The translations under genes were made by a program, and so were the position numbers. DNA of 63,491 bases, filler included, from Dimorphilus gyrociliatus (taxonomy: Eukaryota; Animalia; Annelida): the NCBI GenBank assembly GCA_904063045.1. It is 4 parts of 4 records of this genome, joined end to end, with 100 filler letters (N's around TTAATTAATTAA, not from the genome) between each part and the next. Parts side by side here need not be neighbours in the genome. Positions count along the whole stretch, not along the records: positions 1 to 25,798 come from CAJFCJ010000159.1; 3 more parts are not named here. The stretch is one strand, 5' to 3'. Below, one piece after another: positions 1 through 12,900 of this stretch. The notes beneath the pieces are model-generated. The model did no database searches. It worked only from the letters and a program-made list of their open reading frames with translations, and was not told the DNA's origin. Position 1 is the stretch's first letter; every line of letters begins with the position of its first letter.

Positions 1-2
1 AA

Positions 3-3000
3 AATAAATTAACTCAACTCGGTTTATGCGGATTTAAACTACGGGAAGAAAAACACAACCAGTTTTTGGACTTTATTTATCATACTTTCAACAATTTATT
101 AGTACTAAAACTCAATGATTGTAATCTATGTATGAATGGAATTCAAATGGAAAATCTCTTAAAAAAACATAGATATCTTCAACAGTTTCAAATGCGTGGT
201 AATGTTGTGAATGAAACCAAAAAGTTTGCATTTTTAGTCAGTCTACTGCATTTAAAAAATGTGACAATATTAAACTTGCCACTAATTGAATTTGCTACAA
301 AAAACGAGGAGAATTTAAATATCAAGAAATGCAATTTTGCTTTGGAATGCTTAGATTTCGGAGAGAATTCTTTGGAAAAGAAAGTTTGTCAAAGTGTTTT
401 AAGACTAATTTTATGTTCTTCGCAATCGTTAAAAAAGTTAAACTTGGCTAAAAGTAATATTGAAAATATTGAGCAATATTTTAGCGTTGTTTCCGTTGAA
501 AATAGGAAAGAAAGTTGGGAAAATTCGCCGAAAAATGCTAAATATGTTGAAAGTGGCGAGGAAAGTCAGCGAGCGATGTTTGAGAAATTCAAAGACAAAA
601 AACAATCGCAAGAAAATTTTGGGGCAAATCAGCTGAAAAAGCCCCTGGAGGTTGTAGAAATTAATGACGAATCATTGAATTCTCTTTCTAAAGACTCTTT
701 TGATGAGAGAGTTGGAAATGCAGAAAATGTTGAAGAAAGCCAATTAGAATTGTTTAAAGATGCTACAGAAACTAGTGAAAGTTGTCTTAATCCTGCTTCT
801 AGAGAGCTTTCTGATAAAAATCAATCAAAATATGCCGAATTAACTTTCTTAAATTCTTTGAATATTACATTATTGCTTAGCAGCTCAGCAGTGGAAGATT
901 TATTCAAAATGGTGGAAATGTACACTGAACTAACTGTTTTAAAAATTGTATTCAAGAGTTACGAATCCATATACAATTTAGATTCGAATATTCTACTCAA
1001 TGACAATAACAAGTTGACTAATTTGAATATATCAAATAGTCAATTAAACTGCGATTTTTTAGACATATTTTCCAATAATTTGCAAAATTTAACATCATTA
1101 AAAGATCTAAACATATCTACAAATAATTTTGGAAATTTTACAATAATCAACTTTCTTGAAAAGCTAATAGAAACTAATTTAAAATTATTAAAACTCTATA
1201 TTTATAATCAAAATATGACTGGAGATAGGATATTAGATATTGTTGTATTAATTGCAAAGATTAAATCTTTACAGGTGTTGAATAGCAGGAAAAAAACCAG
1301 TTTTTCAGAAGATAAATATTTTGGTATAAAATTTATTAATCAAAAATTGTTCAATCTTCATTCAGTGGCGATTATCAAAGATACATTTTCAGAAAATATT
1401 GAATACGAAAGTTTACTCTTGAACGAATTCATTTCAGCGAAAAGATTGAATATTTTATGGAATTCATCCTCTTTCGCAATAAAGCATTTAACTATTGGAG
1501 AGGATCTTTACAAGGCTGAAAATGCCAATTTAAAATTTAGAATGTTCAACAAAGCACAAAATTTGATTTCATTTTCAATTGACTCATCCCAAAGTAAAAG
1601 TATCACTTACTTATTACCCTTTCTAACAACGCAGACGGAATTGAAGCGTCTATCGCTATGCTCCATTGATTTCAGCTTGGACGGAAGTACATTGTTTGAG
1701 ACAATTTCGCGAGTAGTCAATAATCTGGAAGAGTTTAATTTCAGTAATAGTAAATTATCCAGTAATATGTCAGGGGTATTTGGAAAGTTTATTGGATATC
1801 AAACAAACTTAACAACGCTCGATCTTTGCGAAAGAGATTTGAGTGGTGATCTTGGAAAAAGTCTATTTGAAAATATTTCACCGCAATTCTGTAATCTTGA
1901 AAATTTAAAATTTAATAATTCAAAACTATCAACAAATATGAGTGGATTATTTGGAAAATTTATTGGATATCAAACTAAATTAACATCTTTAGAATTCAAT
2001 AAAATGAATTTAACTGATGGAATAGGACAAATTTTATTTGAAAATATTCCACCAACTTTCTGTAATTTAGAGAGTTTACAATACGAAAATTGCGATCTAT
2101 CCACCGATGCGAGCGTTCCATTGGCGAAATTTATTGGAAATCAAAAACATTTAACGTTATTGGAATTTTCAAGAACAAATCTAGCTGGAGATGTTGGAGA
2201 GAATCTATTCGAAAATATTACGTCATCGTCACCTGAATTCTGTAACTTGGAAATATTTGAGTACTCTTTTGCCAATTTATCCGATAATATGAGTAATTTT
2301 CTCGGAAAGTTTATTACGAATCAAAGAAAATTGCTGGAATTGAAATTTCGCAGTGTAGACTTAATTGGAGATTTTGGGAAAAATCTGTTTGAAAATATTC
2401 CATCAAGTGTGAATTATCTTGAAAATTTAGAATTTAAAATGTGTAAATTATCAGTTGATATGAGTGGATTATTTGGAGAATTTCTTGGAAATCAGACAAA
2501 ATTAACTATATTAGAACTTGTTAGAATAGACCTATCTGGAGATACTGGGAAATATTTGTTTGAGAATATTACACCTAATTTCTGTAATCTGGAAAAGATT
2601 ATCGTAAAACTTTGTAAATTATCCGCTAATATGAGTGGACAATTTGGTACATTCATCGCCTATCAAACTAAAATAACGTCAATAGAGTTCAATAGAATAG
2701 ATTTAACTGGTGATATAGGACTCAATCTGCTGGAAAATCTTCAAATAACATTTCATCATCTAGATACTTTCATAATGCAAAATTGTAATCTCTGCGATAG
2801 GATGAGTGGTAAATTGGGACATTTTATAGGACGTCAGATAAATCTAAGATTATTGCGTTTCTTCAGCATTGATTTCTGTGGAGAAACTGGAAAAGAATTT
2901 TTTGGAAATATTCCATCTTCATTTGAAAATCTTGAAGATATTGATCTACCGCAATGCAGAATATCTGGGGATATGAGCGATGTGCTTGGAAAATTTATTG

Positions 3001-4646
3001 GACATCAAACAAAATTAACTGACCTAAATCTCACAAGCGTCAGGCTCGTTGGAGATGTTGGAAAGCGTTTGTTTCAAAATATTCCTTTCACATTTAGTAA
3101 ACTAGAAGAATTCCACTTCTCTAGTAATTTATTATCAATGGATATGTCTGGTGAATTTGGAAAATTCATCGGAAATCAAAGAAGCTTAAGAGAATTGGAT
3201 TTTTCAGACGCTTATTTAAATAAGGGTGTTGGGAAGAATATATTTGAAAATATTCCATCAACATTCAACAATTTAGAACGTTTGATCATTAAAAATAGTC
3301 TCTTAGATAGTGATATGTCGGCTGCATTTGGAAAATTTATTGGATTTCAAACAAAATTAAAATCCTTGAATTTTGATGATAAAGATCTATCTGGTGAATT
3401 TGGAAGAAACCTATTTGAAAATATTCCTACTACATTCAATAATCTCCAAAAATTAACATTCAAAAATGCTAAATTATCTGGAGATATGTGTACAGCTTTT
3501 GGTAAATTCATTGGAAATCAAACAAAACTGGTAATGTTGAATTTTACCGAAAGAGATTTTACAGAAGGTATAGGAAAGAATTTATTTATGAATATTCCGC
3601 CATCATTCTGCAATTTAGAAAGTATATTATTTGACAAATGTAAATTATCTAGTGACATGACTGGAGAATTTGGACAATTTATTGGATATCAAACAAAATT
3701 AATGTCTATGAATTTCCAAGGAATAAATCTAAAAGGAGATATTGGAAAAAATTTATTTCATCATATTCCCCCTTCATTTCACAATCTGAAACATTTAACA
3801 TTTAACCATATTCAATTATGTTCCGGTATGAGCAAAACTCTTGGAAAATTCATTGGATATCAACGAAAATTATCATCATTGAACTTTTATGCAATTGACT
3901 TATCTGAAGATAAGGGAAGGAATCTATTTCAAGCTATTTCAGTTGAATGCAGTAGCCTAGAAATACTCCAATTCTATAGTTGCAAATTATCCAGTGAAAT
4001 GAGCGATATTATGGGAAAATTTATAGGAAACCAAAAGAAATTAAACACGTTAACTTTCAAATGTATAGATTTAACGCAATTCATTGGAAAGAATTTATTT
4101 GAAAATATTCCACCATCATTTTGCAATCTAGAAAATTTACAATTGTGCGATACTCGTCTGTCCTGTGAAATGAGCAGCGTATTAGGAACATTTATAGGAC
4201 AACAATCAAATATGACGTCATTAACTCTCTATCAAATAAACTTAGGAGATGATATAGGAAGAAATCTATTTCATCATATTAATAAATCATTCTGTAATCT
4301 ACAGAATTTTTATCTTTTATATAATGACTTATCTATAGATGTAAGTTGTTATATTGGAAGGTTCATTGGATATCAGACAAATTTATCAGTGTTGGAATTT
4401 CAAGAAGTTGATTTATCTGATGAAAAAGGAAAATATTTATTTGAAAATATTCCTACAACAGTATGTAATTTGAAATATTTAAAAATTACTAATTGCAAAT
4501 TCTCTAGTGATATAAATCATGTTTTGGAAAATTTTCTCTTAAATCAAATGGATTTATTATATGTATTTGAGAAAGGAAATTTAATAAATGGAAAAGAAGG
4601 CAACATATTTCAAGATCTAAACAGCATCACAAACTATCTCTTATAA
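3..4646 (+). CDS. Large intronless leucine-rich-repeat protein (RI-like LRR, ~56-aa double repeat); 5' end runs off the window
   Basis: The frame is open from position 3 (NKLTQLGLCGFKL...), so the track start at 66 is not the true start. There are 16 well-conserved GKFIGxQTKLxxLxF...GxxLFENIPxxFCNLExL units plus 2 degenerate ones. No stop occurs in >1540 codons. Confidence 0.85.
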   Translation, partial: NKLTQLGLCGFKLREEKHNQFLDFIYHTFNNLLVLKLNDCNLCMNGIQMENLLKKHRYLQQFQMRGNVVNETKKFAFLVSLLHLKNVTILNLPLIEFATKNEENLNIKKCNFALECLDFGENSLEKKVCQSVLRLILCSSQSLKKLNLAKSNIENIEQYFSVVSVENRKESWENSPKNAKYVESGEESQRAMFEKFKDKKQSQENFGANQLKKPLEVVEINDESLNSLSKDSFDERVGNAENVEESQLELFKDATETSESCLNPASRELSDKNQSKYAELTFLNSLNITLLLSSSAVEDLFKMVEMYTELTVLKIVFKSYESIYNLDSNILLNDNNKLTNLNISNSQLNCDFLDIFSNNLQNLTSLKDLNISTNNFGNFTIINFLEKLIETNLKLLKLYIYNQNMTGDRILDIVVLIAKIKSLQVLNSRKKTSFSEDKYFGIKFINQKLFNLHSVAIIKDTFSENIEYESLLLNEFISAKRLNILWNSSSFAIKHLTIGEDLYKAENANLKFRMFNKAQNLISFSIDSSQSKSITYLLPFLTTQTELKRLSLCSIDFSLDGSTLFETISRVVNNLEEFNFSNSKLSSNMSGVFGKFIGYQTNLTTLDLCERDLSGDLGKSLFENISPQFCNLENLKFNNSKLSTNMSGLFGKFIGYQTKLTSLEFNKMNLTDGIGQILFENIPPTFCNLESLQYENCDLSTDASVPLAKFIGNQKHLTLLEFSRTNLAGDVGENLFENITSSSPEFCNLEIFEYSFANLSDNMSNFLGKFITNQRKLLELKFRSVDLIGDFGKNLFENIPSSVNYLENLEFKMCKLSVDMSGLFGEFLGNQTKLTILELVRIDLSGDTGKYLFENITPNFCNLEKIIVKLCKLSANMSGQFGTFIAYQTKITSIEFNRIDLTGDIGLNLLENLQITFHHLDTFIMQNCNLCDRMSGKLGHFIGRQINLRLLRFFSIDFCGETGKEFFGNIPSSFENLEDIDLPQCRISGDMSDVLGKFIGHQTKLTDLNLTSVRLVGDVGKRLFQNIPFTFSKLEEFHFSSNLLSMDMSGEFGKFIGNQRSLRELDFSDAYLNKGVGKNIFENIPSTFNNLERLIIKNSLLDSDMSAAFGKFIGFQTKLKSLNFDDKDLSGEFGRNLFENIPTTFNNLQKLTFKNAKLSGDMCTAFGKFIGNQTKLVMLNFTERDFTEGIGKNLFMNIPPSFCNLESILFDKCKLSSDMTGEFGQFIGYQTKLMSMNFQGINLKGDIGKNLFHHIPPSFHNLKHLTFNHIQLCSGMSKTLGKFIGYQRKLSSLNFYAIDLSEDKGRNLFQAISVECSSLEILQFYSCKLSSEMSDIMGKFIGNQKKLNTLTFKCIDLTQFIGKNLFENIPPSFCNLENLQLCDTRLSCEMSSVLGTFIGQQSNMTSLTLYQINLGDDIGRNLFHHINKSFCNLQNFYLLYNDLSIDVSCYIGRFIGYQTNLSVLEFQEVDLSDEKGKYLFENIPTTVCNLKYLKITNCKFSSDINHVLENFLLNQMDLLYVFEKGNLINGKEGNIFQDLNSITNYLL

Positions 4647-4779
4647 TCAATCCACATGTATTTTCTTTTAAAGCTAATAAGTTAAACCAACTTTATTGGT
4701 TGTAATACATCTGTTCAATCCATCTATCAGTTGTTCTTCACCTCTCATCTCTACCTCTAACCTGAGAGGATCTTTTCAC

Positions 4780-4930
4780 TTTCTGGTTTGGTAAATTGGC
4801 TATGAGTGCTACAAACTAACTACCATGCTATTCAACTTTCTTATATCTATTTGCTGCAGTACTGTATTTTAAATAAATCATTTAAACTTCAACATTTGTT
4901 GTTTAAGAGTGTCGAGTAGAACCAGCACTT
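4780..4930 (+). mobile_element. Diverged LTR fragment of the contig-C LTR family
   Basis: GTTTGGTAAATTGGC...GAGTAGAACCAGC resembles 52230-52370 (GTTTGGTAATTTGGC...GAGTAGAACCAGT). Confidence 0.5.
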
Positions 4931-6005
4931 GATGATCAGAGTGATAGTTTTGCAGGTGCTAAACTCCTTCTGGAGATATAAAGAGAGATTGATAGTGAAT
5001 AAGGATTAATAAGACAAACATACAATAGGGTTAGGGATTGAACACCCTTTGAATGGGGAATAGATGGTGGTAGTAGGTTGTAAACAAACATTCCCCAACA
5101 GAAGATCACCTCTGGTTCTTTTATATCCTAACCCTAACTATGTAGTCCAAATTGATGAAATGGTGATTTTAACAACAATATCACAAAGATATCCTGTTGA
5201 CATAGCAAAAAGTGACAGAACAAGTGTAAATATCCTAGAAGATCTCTCAGTGTGTTCCTAACTCATGGTAGCAAGTCTGAAATATATATATATATATATC
5301 TAGGGGGTTGGTTTTGTTTGACAGAGGTATACAGACCTTATCCTACATACTATCTAGGCATATATCATTGAGTTGCTACTTGTCCAAAGAAAGTAATGAT
5401 GTGGCAAAAATGTCCATAATCTAGGCCGTTTAGGAGTTTCATTTATGCAGCACACTAGACGTTTCATTCTGGTTGGAGGTGATAGGGTTTGAAAAGAGCT
5501 TTTCAACGATATGCTACACAATCATTTAGCCCTTACAATTGAAGAGTGGCTGAGCTCAAAGAACTAACCCTGAACTTCTGGTGGAAAAATAAAAATATTT
5601 TTTTCTGACCACCCAACATGGGGCAAGTTTGAAATCAATCCTACATTTTTGAAAATTTACCCACACTTGGCCTCTGGACCAATTTTACCAAAAGTCAATA
5701 ATTTTCTAACTTCATTGTCAGGTTAATTACCTGTAAAAACATTTTATCCACCTGGGTACTTGGAGAAATTTTGAAAAAATATTTTGCCCCAAAAAAATTC
5801 CAAGTTCAGCCTGACACATTGTTAGGTGAAGAATGAAATATTTTGAATTTAAAATTGATCAAAAAACAAAAATAAACAGCAGACCATGAAAAGTTGGCCT
5901 TCTCATTGCAGATGCGTATTGAGTACTGTAAACTCCATTTGGAGGATTGTCAGTCAAACAGTAAAGCATTACAGCTTCAGCCTATGGATTGAATTGAATT
6001 CATAT

Positions 6006-6505
6006 TGTACTGTTCTGGTCCTGCCAATTTATTTATTTGCAACTTTTAACGGTACTGGTTCTACTCGAACCTTTAAACAAAGTGTTTCAATTGAAGTGGT
6101 TTATTGAAATAATAATACTTCAGCAAGTTATAATATGAAAGTTGACTGGCAGAATAGATAGTGGGTGACAGTAGGTTGCCAAGTTACCAAACCAGTGTTC
6201 AATGTTGAGGAAGTAGGAAGATCCCAGTGGGTGTTGGTTCCAGTTGATCCTCCCAGTTTGAGGTTAGCTGCTTGGAGTGAAGCAGTGAGGAGTTATATAC
6301 TTGATGAATTTTCTCTAGTGTCCAATCACCACTTTACAACTGCCGAACTGTCTAGTTTACATTTATGTTTAGTAAGAGGATGTTACAAGGTTCAACATTT
6401 AGGAAGGCTAATTCAATTAACACTTGACCTAAACTAATTAAATTGTATCTTGGCCACACCCTAGGCAAGCATAATTCTACTATAACTTGGCCAAAGCTTA
6501 AATGG
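6006..6505 (-). mobile_element. Solo LTR (partial) of the contig-C LTR family
   Basis: The reverse complement aligns by eye to 51980-52416 (TTAGCCTTCCTAAATGTTGAA, GAGTAGAACCAGTA) and ends in CAGTACA like that LTR. The left boundary is exact; the right is approximate. Confidence 0.65.
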
Positions 6506-7309
6506 CACTTAAGGATGAACCTTAAGTATGACTTAATTTTCAATTCTCTGACAGTACTTGTAGATGAATGTCCAACTTTACGCTATTCTCAGGAGGTGAC
6601 ATATCTGTTGAGTAAGAAGTTGGCTATGTAAATATTAAAGCATGAAAATGTGGAAGAATATCTAAAAAAGCCATTTGAAACAACCAGTTTGAAATCTTTA
6701 AAGATGAATGTACTTGAAGACTTTTTGGATATTCTGTAAAACTTACTTATTACTAATTAGGAAATAATTTCTGAATGTTGAAATGAAAGATGTGAAAATG
6801 GCAATTCTGCATTGACATACTGAAAATTTGAATTTATTGCAAAATCCTGGACATTGTCCTTCTTGGGAAATTGGCTGAGGAGAAAAGTGAAATGGGTTAA
6901 GAAGTTGGATTAACTGCTTTTCAATCAAATATTCAACAACAAAGATGAACATGGGTTGGAAAACAAGTGTAAGTTTACTCTTCACAATGATGAAATGTCA
7001 TTCTTTAAGCAATAACTTAAAAAGTGGCTAAATATATCAATGATTATAAAGATTTTATCTACTGGATTGCTAGACCACGTGACCAATTAATCAGCATTCA
7101 CAGAGAAATACATTTAAGAAATATCTTTTAAAAATATATTTGCAAAAATAGAAAACCTTTGAAAATTTGAGTAGAAATTCTTAGGTTTTATTTTTTGAGG
7201 CATAAACACTGAAGATACTGACAAGTCAGAGATGCAAGAGTAATAAATTCCAACTGTAAATAATCACGTGATTATTTTGAGTGTTTGAGTTGGCAGCTTT
7301 TCCTTCTAT

Positions 7310-7835
7310 TTAAATAGTAGCTTCCTCATAAGTAGGTAGCCCGCTATCATCATAATCATCATCACCTTTTTTCATAGAATCATTGTCTGATTTTGGATTA
7401 CTAGTCTCATTTCCTTCACAGATTGTTTCTGCCCTTTCATTTACGACTTCTGTTTCTGCCTCATTTTCATCTGCCAAGTTGGACATAATGATGGGCTTGG
7501 TTTTAAATCTTTGTTTTAATTTTATAATTGTCAAACCAAGTATTGCTAAAAAAATGACCATAAAGTTTACCAGTTTATGAAAGGGGGAAAAGATTTTAGT
7601 TATAGTTGTATTTGTCTACCTGTTAACATCAAACCAGTAAATACACATGGTATAATTATCTGAAATTTTCTAGATGAGCTAGAGCTGGAGGTCTTAAAAA
7701 ATTTTTCACATTTTCTTGGTAGTGAACACGCTGTTTGACGGAAAATAATTTTGAAGTATTGAATGAGACTGAAAATTATTGATAAGTGGTATGACTGCCA
7801 AAAAAATATAATGACTACAATTAAAAATATCTGTT
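7310..7835 (-). CDS. 3' exons of a single-pass membrane protein with an acidic tail ending LPTYEEATI
   Basis: Splicing the GT-AG intron 7546-7619 gives the TM segment QIIIPCVFTGLMLTAILGLTIIKLKQR. The stop is at 7310-7312. The 5' exons were not located. Confidence 0.55.
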
Positions 7836-7960
7836 AAAGAAAAATAACTACATTTCCCGATCAATTTATTAGCAGATTTCTAAATTAATTGCATACTGAG
7901 AGAGAGAGAGAGGAAGGGGAAGGAAAATTAGATGAAAATATTAAATCTTAGAATCAATTT

Positions 7961-10900
7961 TTACTTTTTTAAGTTTCTCTTTTCAACTATGAGCTCTTGA
8001 AAATCACTCAATGAATATATTAGTGGATTTAAAATTGAATTCAAGGGCAAAAATAATCCAATTGTTGCTGAGTATAATGTATTATTTAATTTAAAATCTG
8101 GCAGTATAGATAATAAACCTAAAAAACACAGAGTATGAGGGTAAATCAAAACATGGCCAGAGAATAATGTATAGGACTACATTTTTAACATTTTTTTCAG
8201 GATTAGGAAAATTGAAGTTTTGATACTTTTAAACTGGGCTATGATTGAAACCCAAGGTTTAACTATTTGCTCTAGGTCAAAAATCATTTATAGTATATCC
8301 TGTATTTTCAGTGTCAACCAATGGTAGATTATCTATTTTCAATTTTCCCAAACCTAAATATGAATTATTTTTATAATAGAAAATCATAAAAAAACAAACC
8401 CAATACTGAAATTGGCAACCAGCACATTTGATTTGTGACTACTGTTAACAGAGCTGCTGAAAAAATTTTGTCTTTCTTGTTTGTACTTTTTGATTTTGTT
8501 TTTGATCTTTTCACAATTTTATGAATGTCAATGTAGAGTATAATAATTAAAATGCTAATTACAAATGGAAAAACACTGAATAGAACAAAATCATATATCC
8601 ATCCAGTGGTATTTTGATTTCTCATATAAATATTCAAACAGATTGGTGTCATTTCAAATCTCTTCTACAAATGGAAAATGAAAGCTTTGGGTAAAAGAAG
8701 AATGTCTTTTTTTCACAAAATATGAAATTAACATTACAAAATGCAATTTGTAAAACTGCAAGTCAGAAGTGTTGTCAAAGTGATGATCACACTTTTTGAC
8801 TTGATAATTTTTCGGGATAAAATATACTTTATTGATTGATGCCTTTCCAATGTCACTAACAGGACAGAAATGCATGATTGTATCAGAGATAGAACCATTA
8901 CTGTTTCAAGAATTTGGCATAATGTACTGTGGCGCCACCTATAGTCATTTTCTAGGTATATGCCTCTAAAATATAAATCTACACATGCAATGGCTAGAAA
9001 ATATGCAGATGTGAAAGAGTCACTCAAATTTAACAGTAATCTATAAGATTTTAATGACGATTTCCGTAAAGTTAATAAGAAAGAGATCAAATTTCCCAAT
9101 GGTCCAAAAATACCAAAAATCCAAAATATAGATCTTATTAAATTGATTCCAAGGAGATTTGAACATGTGTAGAATAAAGAAGTTGATGGTTTGCAGACAA
9201 CACCATTTCTTACAAATTTCCAAATATGGCAACAAAGAAAAAATGATTTACTGAAGATTTTCTTTATAGATTTTAAACTTTTAGCAATTTGAAAAAATTA
9301 CTTTGGAGATAGTGTTGTTCCATTTAGATGAAATTCTAGTAATTGTGAAATACTTATAAGAAAACTATGCTGAAAATTAAATATTTCAGTATTAGAAATT
9401 TTCAGTATCTGTAAATGTTTCAAATATTGTTGAGGAATGTCAACATAGTTTAATGGATTGCCAGATATATCTAAATATCTCAGAAAGGGGCATGTAATCT
9501 TTCTTATATACCTTACAACTATAAAATTGTTGTAAGAAAGATCAAGACTTTGGAGTAGTTTTAAAGTTACTGTTTTGTTGTTTGTAAAATTCAAATTTTG
9601 ACCAATGTCTGATAGGCTTAAATAAACAAGATTAGGAAAGATACTCAAATCTTCCAGGTAGTATTCCAAATTTTTACTTAACTTTAAATATGTTATCCCA
9701 TTCACAGAATTTATATTTTGTAGAGTTGTATTACCGGAAATGGTCAATTTTTTGATTTGATCAGTTAAATTTTAATGAAGCAGTGATTAATTTCCCACTT
9801 TCTCCAATTTTACAATTCACCTGGTGCAAAAGTACTTTTGTACAGAATTGATGTGAAAATGTATCTCTTACGTAAAAAAGTTCATCGCTACCATGGTAGC
9901 AGTCTATATTCTCATTACAAGCTTTTGTTAATAATATATATTTGGATTGATTTTTACACTTGAAAAATCCCTTTGGAACAAAAGATTCTGTGGATTGCAA
10001 AAGGAAAACTTTTACCAAGACTAGATAAAATGGTTAGTGTCCACAGGAAACAGTTGAATTTTGCTTGAATTTATCAGTGCCAGTGATAGTATTGTTGAAT
10101 GACCATAAATATTTTGTTCACACTAGGCCATTTGTTTGCTTTCCTGTGGACTTTGATTTTTTGTATTTTTAATTTACCACAGTCAATTTCATCTTCATTA
10201 TTCAAACAGTGATTGATTCCATCACAAACCATTTCAATTTGTATACAAAATTTTCGCTGCTGACATAAATATTCTCCATTCTGACAACTTTTTCTCTGAC
10301 AATCCCTTAATTCTCCATGTAGAAGGTTCCTTTCTGTTAATAAATTTCCCATGGAATTGTAACTTTTGTCTTTTGCAAACACTCAAGATAGACGTTGTTG
10401 TTCACATTTTCACACACATTGCCAAATTGGCAGAGTCGTTGCTTTAAGTATACAAGTTTGAGAACAATGATAATGCAAATCTGATCTACAATCTGGGAAG
10501 AAAATATGGCATTTTTTCCCCATTTCAAAACCATTAAGCAACCAGTGGATACTTTACCATTAATAAATGATTGGTCAATTGTATTCTCATTGCCACACAT
10601 TTCATCAGATGAATCAAAACAATTTCTTTCAGAATTGCAAACTTGTCCATTCTGAATGCATTGGCAATTTTTGCATTACCTAGTTTTTTTCTAGTATGTA
10701 TTTGTTAATAAATGTAATATATTTGACCTACTTATTATTTCTTGAACTGCATTCAGTTCTTTCTGTTCAAAAAAAGCCAATTTTGATTTCAGATGAAAAA
10801 ACAAAAACACCAAAACAAACCACAATGAATTTCATCAAATCCATTTGGACAATCTTCAATAAAATCACAAACCAATTTAGAATTTATGGTTAAATTCTTA

Positions 10901-11097
10901 TATGGAAAACAGTAAAAGTAATGATTGTATACATTTCCGCAAATTTCTTGAGCTTCATCTTTGTCAAATGGACAGTCAATTTCTTCATTGCAAGCATTTA
11001 AAATGTTGATGTATATTGCACTTGTTGAACAATAAAATGTGTTTAATGGAGGAATTATATTCAAACCCTCAACATTCGAGAATAGAGTACTTTTCAA
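7961..11097 (-). pseudogene. GRL101-like LDLa-LRR-7TM GPCR pseudogene, 5'-truncated
   Basis: LDLa modules (CDFIEDCPNGFDE, CDGINHCLNNEDE), LRRs, a CC hinge, TM3 LERH and TM7 NPLIY are present. The 3' intron positions match the paralog at 14642-20300. Lesions: in-frame TAA at 9298-9300, a frameshift near 9760, and frameshifts/stops at 10340-10450. Confidence 0.8.
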
Positions 11098-11290
11098 CTT
11101 GGCAGTAAAAATGTTGGGCGCTAGTTGCAGTATTGCAGTGTATAAAGAGAATACTGATGTATACCATACTTACTAGTTATCTTTTGACAAATATGACTCT
11201 TACTAATTATACTTGAGCAATCTCTTTTGAATATTTTCCATCCTGAAAATGAGATTAAAAGGGTTTAAAAAGGGGAAAAATGTCTGAATC

Positions 11291-11556
11291 TGTACATTGT
11301 TGTATTGTAATTGTAGGAATTTCTGCTTCTCCAGAACAGTATTTGTCTTCTTCAATCATTAATCAACTCGCCAAAGTACTCAAACAAATAGAACCTTTTA
11401 AGTTCGTCCACAAATAATCTCAATAAATGTAATTTAGGTGGAAATTAATCAACAAATTGCCAGTTTATCATCCAAAGAATATGTATTGAGTAAATGAGTT
11501 TCTAGTTCTAAACAAGTAAGCTTAAACAACCAGCTAACGGTTAAAGAATTGAACTG
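11291..11556 (-). mobile_element. Solo-LTR 3' fragment of the contig-B Gypsy family
   Basis: The reverse complement matches 30175-30439 (GAACTAGAA..CTCATTT.ACTCAATACATATTCTTTGG ... CCTACAATTACAATACAACAA.GTACA). Confidence 0.8.
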
Positions 11557-12649
11557 CCAGGCTGGGGAAATGCATTTCCTTTTATACATTTACCAAAGCT
11601 TGGGTTCAATTGTTCAAATGATTAAAAAGGGTGAGACGCAACAGTCTCATAATCCACAAGAAACAAAGAGAACAAAGACTATTACACCTAGATCATAATG
11701 ATAAGGCAAACATGACATGGCCAACATTTACCACTGCAGATTAAGTCTGCCTCATCAACATCTGGCATTGCCCAAGATGTCACAATTTTGACATGCATCT
11801 TTTCCATGTTCTTTGTTCCTTTGTTAACTTCATAGTGGCTCCATCTAATATGGGCAAACAATCTATTTCCTACGAAATAAAAGCCTTTCTAAAGTTCCAC
11901 CATTATAATTTCTACGAAATAGAAGTTATTCTAGAATTCCTCTAACCTAAAGTCTAAATGCCAATATGTCAATATATCTAAGTGCACAGAATCATTAATC
12001 TGCTCTACCATAATTTTTTTCTGTATAATGTTGAAAGCGATCCTAAAAATGAAATATGTAAAAATATGCACAAGTCACATGATCAAAATTTTATGACTTT
12101 ACTGATATTGTATACAATCGCCTCTTAAATTGTCAAGTTGTTTTAACTGTACAGGAACATTTCTATAATAAACATTTCTTTTAGTATTAGGTAGACGATT
12201 GTTCTGAGTAGAAAGGAAAAAAGTCTCATCAGTTGAGCTGTATATCAAGTTGATAAGAAAACTAGAATTATATAAAATAAGGTGTCAACAAGTTCATGGA
12301 CAGTCACAGACTGCAATTAGCAGCTGGAGTTTCATGACATTATGCAATACGACAAAGTTGACCAATTTCTATTGAAGAGCTGATAATTGCCAAATAGGCG
12401 CATCTATTTCTTTTGGCTAAACTCTAACCCTAACCCCAACCCTAAACCTGATTATTCTTTTTCTTTTTTAGCATCATAGAGTGTTTTGTAAGTAAAATTC
12501 AAAATGTCTGGGAATCTATTGACATTTCTAACTAATAACTAAAGTTTTCTGTTTACAGAACGAAAGGAATTTTGCAGGTATTTTAAATAGAACGAAAAAG
12601 GCATGTTTGTTGAGGTAACATCTATATAACTTAGCATTGATATATATAT

Positions 12650-12900
12650 TTAACTTACCAAATTGAGAGGAAAAACATATACAGGATATGTAATGGTTAA
12701 TAGTTGACATTCAACTTCTTTATTAATATACTTCCAGAAAAGGCAACAAAGTCTAGGGCTTGGAGCATAGATTGTCTTCATTTGTTTTAAATTTCTTGCA
12801 ATATTCAAATAATATTGTAATGGTATTCTAGTTTTGCTAAGATCTAAAATTTTCAACTGTTTAACATAGAAGAATACCATATTTGAATTTTCTTAATGAA
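12650..12900 (-). pseudogene. Isolated LRR/hinge fragment of another GRL101-like GPCR copy
   Basis: LKILDLSKTRI...IYAPSPRLCCLFWKYINKEVEC parallels the last LRR and CC hinge of both GPCR genes. The flanks are degraded. Confidence 0.6.

Noticed and set aside
5569-5812. Possible MITE with CTGAACTT/AAGTTCAG ends
   Set aside because: The inverted repeat is short and imperfect, with no TSD and no second copy in the window.
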